DNA of 64,000 nt from contig NMRA01000082.1 of the NCBI GenBank assembly GCA_002633005.1, positions 721,988-785,987 on the forward strand, given 5' to 3'. Within the stretch, counting starts at the first letter, position 1. Every line of letters starts with the position of its first letter. The stretch comes from Phoronis australis. Its lineage: Eukaryota; Animalia; Phoronida. The notes beneath the pieces were generated by a model. It had not been told where the DNA came from, ran no database searches, and worked only from the letters and a program-made list of their open reading frames with translations. A program made the position numbers and the translations under genes. Below, piece by piece: positions 14,501-25,448 of the stretch.

Positions 14501-17500
14501 CCAGTTGAGGACTGTGACAAACCGGATGGCAAAAATTGTGAATCAGAGTGCCATTGCCTGACCCCGGATCGATGTGACAATGTCACAGGAAGCTGTGGGG
14601 GGATTTGTCCACCGCGACGGCAAGGAGACAAGTGTGACGTGCGTAAGTTTAGGCATCGTTTTCCGTTTTCAGTTAAACACTTCAAATCTTTTTGTACCCG
14701 AATTCGTTTTTTGACTTCTGATAAGTAGGCCACAGCCCATCAAGAACGGTCAAGTCGTTTCCGTAGGCTCAATTTATCTCTCATATCTGTGCGTTCACGT
14801 AATTCTCCTACATTTCCATGTGAGAGTCACCTGACTTGCAGTTTTGATTAAAGATCACATAGATGTAGACATGATTTAAACCGGAAGGTAATTTCATACT
14901 ACACACATAACCGACATTGTCAATATGTGCATCATGATCTGTTGAACCATTCTTTCGTCCTGTGACCCTGTCAGCTTACTTTTAGGTTGGATGTATCCTC
15001 AGGCACTTGATATTTGAAAGTTCATCAAATTTCTGTTCGTAGCAATATTTTAAGAGGATGCTTATGAACTATTGCAATTTCTTCATTTTGTGTACATCTT
15101 TTATTCATATACACCCTCTGGTGATCTTGATTCAGCGACGCTTCAGCAACCACTTCAGTGCTAATGTCTGTTTTCTCTTAATAGTGACTGATTAGGGTGT
15201 TCAAAACGGCAAGAGGTGCACATTTAAGTAAAAGTGACTCGTTTTGTAACTATCTGCAGTTTAAGACAAAAAGCGTGGCCAAGCGGATTTTAAAAATTAA
15301 TTGTAGATTCTAGTAACTGGTTCTAGTTTTCGTTCTAGAAATGAAATGCCCTGCCAAAACCTTCGGTGACCAATGCAGATATAAATGCGATTGCAGCGAC
15401 CCAACGGCGGTATGCACACCAGAAATACTTGGTTGTGAGTCAAACTGCAAGTCAGCATCAAAACACCCTTGCAAGGTCACGTGCGCTGGTGGGCGTTACG
15501 GCGAGGACTGCTCGAAGTGGTGCAACTGTAGCGTGACAATTGACTGCGTCGATGGAATATGCAAAGAAGGTGAATTGCCTTCAATCGACAGAAAATATTT
15601 GAATTACGTTATAGGAATATTTACGTGTGGCATGGTGTCATTTTGACGTCATTTTGGACCCAGTGTGTCGGCATGTCTATTCTTATTTTCGGGTCCAAAT
15701 TGCACCATCCTCTGCTATCACACGTGATCACTATAGAAGGACATTTTTCCTTGTTAGTGCTCACACAGATTTTTACTATAAAATGATATATTTGTAGGTC
15801 TTTATACCAGTCAGTGGAATTGTAATCAAGGGCGTATCAAGTGAAACTTCACTTTAACTAAGACGGGAAATTGGTCTTACGATCCAACTTCACAAATTCT
15901 GAAAACGTATTCGTAATGGTGAGCGTATTGCAGTTGAGAGATAACTTAAAGCATTTACATCAATAACTAGCAGTTATGTGCATCAGAAACTGTACATTCA
16001 TTCAAGTGAAATCAATCACTTACCTATCTCAAAATCCAAAAGATTGCTGCTGCATAGTCACTGCAAATTTGTTTGTGTATTCAGTTTTTTTTTAAGAACA
16101 GGGCTGAAACTGTAGAAAACCTCGACATGCTATAAATGCAGTGTCATGCGGACAATCAAACATAGGGAAACAGGGTTAAGGTTTGCACTACATGTAATTT
16201 TGTTCCAGAAAAGCCATGCGAAAATCCGAAAAAGTATGGTAGCGACTGCGAATTAGACTGTCAGTGCGCCGAAGGCGACACATGTAGTCGCGCTGAAGGT
16301 TTATGCAAAACATGCGAGCCACTAAGATACGGAGAGAACTGCGGGCGCGAATGCGGCTGTCTCAACGCGAGTCTTTGTAATACAAGTACCGGTAGCTGCC
16401 AGGGAACATGCTTGAAAGGCCGATGGGGTCTCGACTGTCAGAACGAGTGTCTTTGTGAAGATTGCAATTCCATTACGGGGAAGTGCACTGGCAACTGTCC
16501 GGACGGACGTTATGGTGCACGTTGTGAAAATGAATGCCACTGCAAAGATAAGAAGCCGTGCAAGATTTCAACTGGTTGCCATGGGTGTGCGTTTGGCTAC
16601 AGGGGTTACCACTGTAACCTAAGATGTTTTTGTAAATATATGAGCTCTTGTTCACAGTACAGCAAGTGTCCACAGTGCCCGAGTGGTCGCTATGGACTAA
16701 CGTGTGAACACGAATGTGACGGCTGCTTGGCTGGTGACTGTGACAGATACACTGGAGAGTGCAGGCGCGGCTGTAAGCCTGAAAGGTGGGGAGCAGGCTG
16801 TAAAAACAAATGCGCATGTCGCATTCCAGGAACGTGTAATCCTGTCGATGGACATTGCACTAGTGGCTGCGTCAAGGGTAGGACAGGGCCAGCATGCAGC
16901 AACCTATGTTACTGTGAAAAGGACGAGTATTGTGTTGATAATACGTGTAACTTCCAGTGCCCTAAGTACCATTTTGGGCACGACTGTAGGAATGTCAGCC
17001 ACTGTTCACCAGAAGATACGTATGACATGCACACCGGGCGCTGTTCATCAGGTATTTGCGATGAAGGTTTCTTTGGACCTGCTTGCAGCTCCAAATGTCA
17101 TTGCAAGGAGAACCGTTGTAGGCCAACGGGAGAGTGCTTACAAGGCGGTTGTGCGGAGGGCTGGTACGGACCGTCGTGTAGCCATCGATGTAACTGCGTC
17201 GACCGCACTAAATGTGATTCTGCGACTGGTGCGTGTGAGAAGTGTCCGGTTGGCTGGTACGGCATCGATTGCAGCAAACAGTGCTTCTGTCGTGAAAGTG
17301 CCGCTTGCGACCGTCACACGGGATTTTGCCCGAACGGTTGTCCCCCGTTCCGCCATGGCTTGGCATGCGACACGTTATGCTATTGCTACGACGGTGACAT
17401 ATGTGAACGTTTCTCTGGTACCTGTTGTAAGCCTTCGAAATCTGATGCCGTATGTTTTAAAGGTAAGAAGTCCTGAGTCAATCATGTTCGTCTATTGACA

Positions 17501-20500
17501 GCTCCCTGCGTGTAAAACTCAGTGCCGATCATTCGAGATCCATACAACTCAAACTACAGCTTAAGTGACACTTATCCTAATTAATGAGCGCTAACTACGA
17601 TTGTACGATCCTGGCTGTGTTAATACTAAGTTGGTATGTAACCAATATTAAAATGTGTGGAAAAAAATTGAAAATTCCTTTGAGGGTCTGCTAAACCGGC
17701 ACACATGACCTACTGGTACGTTTAAGTGCCCTTTCACAACAACAGAGGCTAAAGACCATTTGTCAAGAATGATAAAAATAATTCCGTGACAGTGTAAGTA
17801 GAACAGAACGTAGTAAGACGACAATGGTGCATTAAGTGGGGAAAGAACGATGATTGGTTGAAGTCACCTAAGTTTAGTACCCTTTAAACGTGAGTTAGTC
17901 CGATGGCCTATATCTTATGTTACCTCTTCGGTCTTATCCGAGAAAGAAATTGGACTAACTTGAGAACAATTTGCCTGAACCCTTCTCATAAAATCTTGAA
18001 TCAAAACCAAGACCGGAAATTTGCCAGAGAATGTATATTTTCAATCATTTGATCATTGTGAACTTGTCAATATAATAACCACAAGAACTGCTAAATTGCA
18101 CGTAGTCAACTTTTGGTTCTTGAATTTTTGAAGAACGGAACGTGCAGAGACTACATGTACTTGTTGCAACTAACATCTGTTACTTACCTACACTCTATAC
18201 ATGTACATGAAGCGACAATCCATGGCACTTTTCTTGCAACAAGACCCTGAACTAACGTTTCATCTTTGAATGAAGCAGCTTTATGGTTATTTGTGCGTTC
18301 GTATAGTACAGTTTGTACATGTGTGATCGAGCCCACATAGTTACATGTACATGTATGTTGCCGATTTCAGAACCCATGTGTAAAAATAACACATTTGGGC
18401 CTAGTTGTGAGAAGCAGTCCAACTGCCTGGGTAATTTCAACCGTCTGAGCGGAAAATGCAACCGGTGCAAGACGGGATACTACGGGTTTGCATGTGAGAA
18501 CCAGTGTCACTGTAAAGGTAACGCTGCCTGTTCTAGTGACGGAAATCGCTGTGCTTCCGGGTGCGAGGTTGGCTGGTTTGGATTTTACTGCGAGAAGCCG
18601 TGTCACTGTTATAAAAAGGCGCCTTGTGAGAAAGGCAAATGTAATATGGGATGTGAGCCTGGATGGTGGGGCTACTCGTGTGATAGCCCATGTAATTGTG
18701 AATCATCTACTTGCAACCAGGACACGGGCTACTGCGATGGTGAATGTATACCAGGCAAATTCGGATACAGTTGCGATCAACAGTGTTTCTGCCCAGAAGG
18801 TGGGCGATGCATGCGCAAAACAGGTAAATGCGCCGGCGCTGCGTGTCCCCCCAAAAGATTTGGGTATGGTTGCCAAAAGCAGTGTCATTGTCTGCTCGGC
18901 AGTGAATGCATAAAAGGTGTCTGCAAGAAAGGTTGCGATAAAGGCTGGAGTGGTCCGTACTGTCAGAGGAAATGTAATTGTCACAACGGCATATGCAATA
19001 GTGAAAAATGTGAGAAATGTCTGCCCGGAACATTCGGAGCTCGATGCGAAAGAATATGTCACTGCGCCGATAAGTGCAACGAATTGACCAACGAATGCGG
19101 AACGTGTCCACCCGGGAAATGGGGATTGGACTGTCAAAAAGAGTGCCATTGCAACTTCAATTTTGCTACTTCTTGTGACAGAATGAGTGGTAAATGTCCA
19201 ATGGACTGCCAAGACGGGTTCTTCGGCTATGCGTGCAATAAAAGGTGCCATTGCGATAACGGGGGCAAATGCCACCAGTTTACTGGTGAGTGCTTGAACG
19301 AATTGTGTGAACTTGGATACTATGGCCTTGGTTGCCAGAGTAAGTGTAACTGCGCACGGGCGTGTGATCAGAAAACTGGCCAGTGCAACGATGGTTGCCT
19401 CTTCAGACGTTATGGTGAAAATTGCAAGAAGGAAAGCCAATGCGCCGGTCCTTTTGACTCCATTACCGGTAGGTGCACCACTGTGTGCCGCCCTGGATGG
19501 TATGGCTTCAACTGCGCACAAAAGTGCAACTGCGATGAGGAGACTTTCGGGTACTGCCATCCTGCCACAGGGGAGTGTAGTAACGACTGTCCACCAACGT
19601 ACTACGGTCACAACTGCAAGAGCCGATGTTACTGTCTAGATAATAATGGCCGCTGTCCACGAGATACTGGACAGTGTTCGAATTGTACACATGGCTGGTT
19701 TGGGCCTCGCTGCGACACACGTTGCCATTGCCGCCAACTCGAGTCATGTCCAGGTGGAACGTGTCCAAGTGCTTGTGAGCAAGGGTGGACAGGGAAAGGT
19801 TGCTCTGAACGTGAGTACCCACCATACACGGTACTGAAACGACATCATGCAACCAATGGGGGATTAACTCAAGAATATACATGTACCTTGTATACAAAAG
19901 GACGGGTAGATGTACTTAGCCACACAGCTATAGGAATGGTGCTTCATTTTTCTGCAATGGACCCCAGTTTCTTTTTTTTAAGATTTTGACAAATCTGTAG
20001 ACGATCAGTATAGTTTAGGGGCAGTTAAGATGAAAAAAAATATTGCCAATTGCATACACTAAAAAACCGTAGACAAATCGTTCTGTTTCAAGAATGTGCT
20101 GTTATTTCATCAATAGGCTGCCACATCAGATTAAATTATACACGCAGTCTCAATTGCATTCATTTAACTTTTTTGCTTCAACATCACTAATTGAGCAATC
20201 TGTAGATGAGAAAGGACCAAATATGCCGTATGAATTTAATTTGTATGAAAGTTACAGTGCTCTCTTTGAAATCACAATTTAGACAAACAAAAAATGATGA
20301 TCCATTTTAGTCCACGGTTTTATGTCTGCTTAGCAGGGTCACAATTTAGAAGAAATCACATGAAGATTTGAAGTGCAATGATTACGATGTTTTCAGCAAT
20401 ACCGTGCTCGCAGCCCAACAGGTTTGGTCAAGCATGCACAATGGTTTGTCACTGCCTGGAAAACAAGCCGTGTCATCGCTTCACAGGAATATGTAATAAG

Positions 20501-23500
20501 TGCAAGCCGAGATGGAAAGGCGACACATGTTCCCATTGTAAGTCATGGAATCATAATGCAGAGTTTGAATTTGTTGCATTCGTTCACCCCAAGTGGGCGA
20601 GGCACACACTTATGTCAACTCTCACCAGCTGGACCCTCTGACTTATCGATACCTTAAACAATGCCCACCCCCAATTTCAAAAATCCGGCAGGTTCACCTA
20701 TGTTAGCACGTTTTTCGACCTTAGGCGATTGGGTTTTTACAAACGTAACCACGTATACATGGATTGCCTGCGTTTTCGCCCCTCGTTCGGTATTTTCGAG
20801 CATGGGCCATTGCTTAACTTTTGATGCTTTAGTCAAAAACGTTCATTTTCAGTCACCAGGCTGTTGTCGACTTGTTTTATATGACATTTAATCATTATTT
20901 GTTTCAGGAATAAATGCACTGCTGCAGAAGGACACTATTTCAATTAACAGTCCCACTGCAAATTCAATAATGCATTTTCTGGTGATAGCTTCCTAGGTCC
21001 ACAAGGTGAAGAAGTAAACATGTGTGTTTTCTAAATATAGGCACAGTCTCTGGGGTTTAGTATGGGGAATACACAGTGCTAGACCGCTCCACTGCCTTAC
21101 ATCTTCAAAGGAAGTTGTAAGGTCTCATCCTTTCGTCAATATAAAGCATAAATGTCAGTTTATAGTTACTGCATAGAACTTTGCACGTGACCATAATGAA
21201 CGCAAGTTTGTGTGTTGTAACTGTTTCCAGTTGAGGCCTGTGACAAACCAAACGTATACGGCGAAAATTGTGAATCAGAATGTCAGTGTCTGAACCCGGA
21301 TGACTGTGACAGTGTCACGGGAAGCTGTGGTGGTATCTGTCCACCGCGACGGCAAGGAGATAAGTGTGACCTGCGTAAGTTTGGACATCGTTTTCCGTTT
21401 TCAGATAAATTCTGTAAAGTTGGTCATGTCTTAATCCCCTTTATCACGTTTGGTTAATAGGCAACGGTGCGTCCAGAACGATCTAGTTATTTCCGTAGGC
21501 TCAATTCATCCCATGGTGTTTCATGTCTGTGCGTACTCGAAATTTAAGCAAAGTGATTTGGTCAAGAGACAGTTCAAAGCATAGCTTCAGCCTATTAGGT
21601 CATACAAGTCGTGAAAAACGTCATTTTTTAAAATGACATTTTTCACGATTTAAAAATCGTTAGCATGCCTCTTACCTCTCTGGTATCTTTTGTTTAAGCG
21701 TGTTAGCGAACAAATAACCCGACAGACACACTAAAAGTAATTCTCCAACATTTGCATTTTGGGAATTACGTGCCTTGCAGTTTTGTTTACAAATCACATA
21801 GACGTAGCGTAGACGGGAGTTCAACAGGAAGGTAATTTCAGACTATACACACCCGAGATGGTCAAGAAGGGCATGATCTGTAGAACCATTCTTTCATGCT
21901 GTGAGCGTGTCAGCTTACTATTGTGGGTGAATGCTTCCGACATTTGTTGCAAACAATTGCCTTCTTTAGAGGATGACCAAAATGTGTGACATGGTTGCAA
22001 GACTACTCAAAACTCTGATTCCAGTACAGCCCCACAGGTCGTATTAACAAGTACGGCGAGTAAACATCAGAACAGGCGTGCGTTCAATAACGCTAGGACC
22101 TACGCTAGGATCTAGCTAAAATGTAGCAAAGTCACGTGTTCTCATTTGAAATACACGGCAATGTCTCACGTTATCCCGCGATGTCTTTTTAGCGAGGTCC
22201 TAGCGATACTGAAGGGTAGCCAGGTGATAAGCAACTGTTGAATGTGTTCAGTTTCTGCAATATCAACAACCTGTTATGTTATGTTATGTTATGTTATTTT
22301 ATGTTATGTTATGTTATGTTATGTTATGTTATGTTATGCAGCAACCTAGGAAACGATTTCATTAAAAAGTAAAAAAGTCGTCTTTTGTTCCAGCAACTGC
22401 TTGTACCCTGCCAGGAACTTTTGGAGAGAAGTGCGAGCACAAATGCCACTGCAATCAGTCCACGTGCGATTATCAAACCGGAAGCTGCAAGGACCATGGC
22501 GGCTGCGCTAAATACTTCTCGGGCGACAACTGTTCCACGTGTACGTAAGCATCATCTGAGGACTACACTCAAACAGAAACCTGGTGCATTTTCTTGAAAA
22601 ATATTCTCTGTTTACGAATCTTTTAAAGTGACTATGGTCAACGAGACCATATCAAAAGGAGTCCATGGATTTACTGCTTGTATTTTAAAAGTTGTTTTCC
22701 TTATACCGTGTTGCAACTTCGGCGACACTGAAGCAAAACTTGTTTGCCATATGACTGACTTAACTGAGTCTGTGTCGGAAGCCAACACGTCGGACGAATC
22801 GCATCATGTAAGTGACCAGGTTTTGGATCTTACTACACGCAACAGAGTAGTCAATTCGATTGTCAGGAAAATCTGACAGTGAGGTTAAAATATAGATCAT
22901 AGACCCGGCTGACGGCTTTAAGAGGAACCAATTTTGTCGACACCATTGTACATTGTGTTACCTGTTTGTGACGTAGTAGATCTCGTAGTGGGAGTTTAGT
23001 AATGATTACAATGCTGTAAAAAATCTGTTCCCTTTTTATATTTTGACATCAGGCTCACATCAATGACTATGTACATGATGAATGTCTACAAAACCCACGA
23101 GGTCTCTAGATAAGGGGGATAACGACTGAGAACATGTAATTATCTATTTATACCACATACTGAACGAGAAAAATTGCAATGAATCGAACTATCTTTCTCA
23201 ACTCTCCTCGGCTTAGTAACTACTTTCTTTGTCAGAGGCCCGGGTTCGAAGGTCGTGACTTTTTAAGAAAAGCCGAGCTATATTTGACAAATAATGCCTT
23301 TACACAAAATCAATTGATAATTTAAGCAAAATAGAAATAAAGTGAATCTATAAACTAAGACTTAGCAAATATTATAGCTTACTACTCATTTTATCACGCT
23401 AAGCTTCGACCGGCAAAATATCTTCTGCTAAAGTAGGTTACCACTAGTAACTGAGTATGATGCTCAAGTCAAAGGATCTCGACGACACGATACCCGCACC

Positions 23501-25448
23501 AAATATGGAGATCGGTGATATACAAGTGAGAGAACACGAGAGAAAAATTTCACTGAATTAAGATATCGTTTTTATGGAAATTGTGCGTCTTGTTTTTCAT
23601 AGCGTATAAATGTCAGTACAATGCCCTTTGCTGAACATGCGATTGTTGCGTGTGCTGATTTAAGTATTCTATTTTCATGTTCGGCGACGTCAGCCGCTGA
23701 GTGGTGCAGTGGTAAAGTCGGCGACTCGAAACTCTTGAGCCCGGGGTTCGAAACCGAACTCGGTTTTCCGCCAAAATGTTATATCACTAGTGAGATAACT
23801 AAATCGGTTATTACACTGTTGTATTTGCCATTTGAGGCTAATATTGTGGTATAAATGCGGGTTTATTTGGACACAGGAACCTGGAAGACTTGAATGAAAC
23901 GGGAATGGTCAACTAGTAGCATTGGTCGAATTGGGGACATATAAGCATGACTGTGGGTGTTATGCGCGCCGCATCTTAAGCAGTAAGATTACCAGATACT
24001 CCAATGCTTTGTTTCAGTTGAAATCCCTGAGTCGGACATTGGATTGGGTGGTCGAAGTAAGTAAATTATTTTCATAACCCTAGGTCGCCAACGACTGTTT
24101 TAAAGTGAGCCACTTTTGCTTTGAAAACTGGTGTATTTATTTTTTACTCTATGAAACGCCTGTCCATGGCCAAATGTCATCTTTTAACTTGGATAAAGCA
24201 AATTTCATGTGTGTGATTAGAGACGCATTGAACATCTTAAAGTCCTTGTTGCAAACTGCCCATGTGGTTCCAGTATCCGAAAATACTTACTACATAAATT
24301 CTCATTTTCGACACCCTTTCTTTATATTCTTTTCGCCTTTCTTGCCAAAAGCGATTTTGTAACAGTATTTGACCCTTCTCTCTGAGCGTATGATTACCGG
24401 TTGTCATCGGTTATTTCCGTACCCACATTTCCGGCTCATCGGTTCAGGAACTTGTCCTGAACGCCGCCATTTTTTCCTTGTAACTGAATGTGCTATGGCT
24501 TGCTCGAAAAGTCNTTCCGGGTTCGCGGCAAGTTCAAAATGGCGGTGTTTCTTCGGGTGCGAATCGTGAGTGGCGCGTTCATTTAAACTGTTTTCGAGTA
24601 CGGATCGTGTATTAGTTATGGGGTAGGTACTTCTTGGATCCTTATAACATCTTCTAACCATGTAATAAGGGTTAACAACGCGTGAGACAAGGACTTTAAT
24701 ACATGACTTGGTCCTACATGTAGTAAATACTATTAGCGAAGGTATCCTACCTAGTTGACTTCCATGATTGTGTTAGTTGCCATAATCAGCACGTTTTTCA
24801 TTTTTATCTGATTATACTCATTTAAATCCGTAATCAACCCGTAGCACTATAAGGCAGTGACGCGAGCCATTGATTGAGAGAATTACATTTGAATTAACCC
24901 GGTCTGCTTTCCGAACTCGCAAGACACTCGCGAAAACTCAAGATCACACAAGTACACGTACATGTTTTCGCGATACATCGTCATGCACTAGGCCTACAAA
25001 CAAGACACGTGCCCACACTACGTTTTCTCTCGATTGTCTAGAGTCGATGGAGCATAAACGTACTATTTAACCTAATGGTACCCAGTTCTTTGTTCCAGGC
25101 CAAGCTCAGACAGCTGAGGCCGCTACAAAAGAAAATGTAATTACGATAACCGTGGGCGGCGTCTGCGCCCTGGTTGTTATTTGCTGCATTGCACTCGCCA
25201 TATTTGTCTGCGTGGCGAAAACTCATAAAAGTCGGTTGAACCTAGAATTGGCCGATGACGGCGACGAAACCGATCCAGAGGTCAACTATGCAAATAAAAT
25301 GAAGAGGTCGCCGCAGATATCACTTAGTTCCGTAACAGGTTCAAACGTGGAAAATACCAGCGTGAGTAGCTCTCAAGAAACGCTCAAGACTTATACAGAG
25401 ACTTCTAGTGAAGGGGACTCAAACCTATCCGGAAAAGAAGAACAATAG
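2428..25448 (+). CDS. Gene 1 (5'-truncated by window edge): single-pass receptor, FN3 + ~30-35 MEGF10/11/SREC-type EGF repeats + TM + short tail; 16 exons, ~1665 aa in window
   Basis: Exons 2428-2573, 3931-4126, 6060-6212, 7365-7511, 10935-11075, 11572-11670, 12615-12845, 14505-14642, 15339-15569, 16209-17462, 18371-19810, 20397-20537, 21231-21374, 22394-22540, 24018-24056, 25099-25448. All have AG/GT boundaries, phases are compatible and the frame stays open to TAG at 25446-25448. Confidence 0.85.
3075..3225. mobile_element. ~150-bp MITE family (copies ~1942-2085, 3075-3225, 13250-13360 partial, 22073-22222)
   Basis: Terminal inverted repeats cgttcagtaacgctaggacct...aggtcctagcgttactgaacg and a shared core aagtcacgtgtt.ccatttaaaatacacggcaat. 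Confidence 0.75.
3931..4126 (+). CDS. Gene 1 exon: FN3 domain, C-terminal half
   Basis: ttttctag|GTT GGG...ATA AAA G|gtaaga. Encodes VGQKQPHLLDKAKFVTMKNEKTETIAYIPVRSGMEYDVNVFAAYHF..., which has the FN3 E-F strand pattern (G.EY.V.V.A). Absent from the ORF track. Confidence 0.75.
6060..6212 (+). CDS. Gene 1 exon: EGF-like repeat
   Basis: 153 nt, phase 1-1. GQGCRVGFFGKDCANKCHCEGDKPCSEVSGQCPGECDTYYAKDQYGACTS; donor gtgagt. Confidence 0.85.
7365..7511 (+). CDS. Gene 1 exon: EGF-like repeat
   Basis: tttcag|...|gtgagt, 147 nt. KGCPAGWWGDKCRNKCNCENDVSCENAETGECPGGTCRKRFTGDGCST. Confidence 0.88.
8281..8570 (+). pseudogene. KolX / P2X7-ballast (nanor-like) Cys-rich protein N-terminal remnant
   Basis: GYMFEPEY...RRGDTSWCKCTLCVVMPTSMECLCCSE matches the YxFEP...WCxCxxC..M....E..CCxE signature. 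One frameshift near 8340. Confidence 0.75.
8566..8877 (-). pseudogene. Kolobok-type transposase fragment (post-THAP Zn-binding region)
   Basis: DKFIVDLSKVLELFRRCQVCG, then after a frameshift LGAQVTI*WECVAGHYGKWDS. Confidence 0.6.
8878..9148. other. Assembly gap (271 N)
   Basis: Run of n. Confidence 1.
9535..9605 (+). repeat. tRNA-derived (SINE-head-like) sequence, not a functional tRNA
   Basis: A-box tggtgtagtggtaa and B-box gagttcgagcc. No convincing acceptor stem. Confidence 0.5.
10935..11075 (+). CDS. Gene 1 exon: EGF-like repeat
   Basis: cttacag| acceptor, 141 nt. TKCKVPKVYGPDCDIPCNCLNDAQCDDYTGKCVQCPPGFSGENCSI; the donor gtatta is weak. Confidence 0.82.
11572..11670 (+). CDS. Gene 1 exon: short EGF-like module
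   Basis: gttccag|...|gtaaga, 99 nt. PKCPDGWYGAGCGKKCDCDPGQPCNQLGQCET. Confidence 0.85.
12615..12845 (+). CDS. Gene 1 exon: EGF-like repeats (copy 1 of duplicated exon)
   Basis: gttctag|...|gtgaat, 231 nt. TKCPDNTFGEQCKYKCDCSDP...CVDGICKE; nearly identical to 15339-15569. Confidence 0.82.
13603..13720 (+). pseudogene. Truncated duplicate of the start of the 16209-17462 EGF exon (probable pseudo-exon)
   Basis: The acceptor is intact and KPCKNPQKYGRDCESDCQCSEGNTCSRAEGLCKTYEPLR matches 16209 onward. Homology stops at ~13720, there is a Cys->Tyr change and an in-frame stop at 13752-13754. The nearest gtaag donor (13751) would be phase 2. Confidence 0.7.
14505..14642 (+). CDS. Gene 1 exon: EGF-like repeat (duplicate of 21231-21374)
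   Basis: tttccag|...|gtaagt, 138 nt. EDCDKPDGKNCESECHCLTPDRCDNVTGSCGGICPPRRQGDKCDV; 6 nt shorter than its paralog. Confidence 0.78.
15339..15569 (+). CDS. Gene 1 exon: EGF-like repeats (copy 2 of duplicated exon)
   Basis: gttctag|...|gtgaat, 231 nt. MKCPAKTFGDQCRYKCDCSDP...CVDGICKE. Confidence 0.85.
16209..17462 (+). CDS. Gene 1 large exon: ~10 tandem EGF-like repeats
   Basis: gttccag|...TTT AAA G|gtaaga, 1254 nt open. Repeating C-P-x-G-x-(Y/W/F)-G-x-x-C-x-x-x-C-x-C pattern (ORF 16412-17476). Confidence 0.93.
18371..19810 (+). CDS. Gene 1 large exon: ~11 tandem EGF-like repeats
   Basis: atttcag|...GAA C|gtgagt, 1440 nt open (ORF 18313-19989). MEGF10/11-type cysteine spacing. Confidence 0.94.
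20397..20537 (+). CDS. Gene 1 exon: EGF-like repeat
   Basis: ttttcag|...|gtaagt, 141 nt. IPCSQPNRFGQACTMVCHCLENKPCHRFTGICNKCKPRWKGDTCSH. Confidence 0.88.
21231..21374 (+). CDS. Gene 1 exon: EGF-like repeat
   Basis: tttccag|...|gtaagt, 144 nt. EACDKPNVYGENCESECQCLNPDDCDSVTGSCGGICPPRRQGDKCDL. Confidence 0.88.
22272..22338. repeat. (TGTTA)n microsatellite
   Basis: About 13 pentamer units with one interruption. Confidence 0.95.
22394..22540 (+). CDS. Gene 1 exon: EGF-like repeat
   Basis: gttccag|...|gtacgt, 147 nt. TACTLPGTFGEKCEHKCHCNQSTCDYQTGSCKDHGGCAKYFSGDNCST. Confidence 0.85.
23090..23855 (+). repeat. Dispersed repeat with internal tRNA-like segment (copy 1, 5'-truncated)
   Basis: Colinear with 29675-30433. 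tRNA-like segment at 23693-23765; bounded by tttataccaca / tgtggtataaa. Confidence 0.8.
24018..24056 (+). CDS. Gene 1 micro-exon: juxtamembrane stalk
   Basis: ctttgtttcag|TT GAA ATC...CGA A|gtaagt, 39 nt, phase 1-1, strong splice sites. EIPESDIGLGGR. Confidence 0.65.
25099..25448 (+). CDS. Gene 1 terminal exon: transmembrane helix and Ser/Thr/acidic cytoplasmic tail
   Basis: tgttccag| acceptor. Hydrophobic VITITVGGVCALVVICCIALAIFVCVA followed by basic KTHKSR; stop TAG; AATAAA at 25646-25651. Confidence 0.85.

Noticed and set aside
16473-19897. Long antisense and alternate-frame ORFs over the EGF exons (e.g. 18703-19611 -, 16704-17498 +)
   Set aside because: Shadows of the Cys/Gly-rich sense frame with no recognisable motifs.
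2428-25448. Assigning the symbol MEGF10, MEGF11, MEGF6, draper or TIE
   Set aside because: The EGF type is similar, but I see no EMI domain, NPxY or kinase. Orthology cannot be supported.
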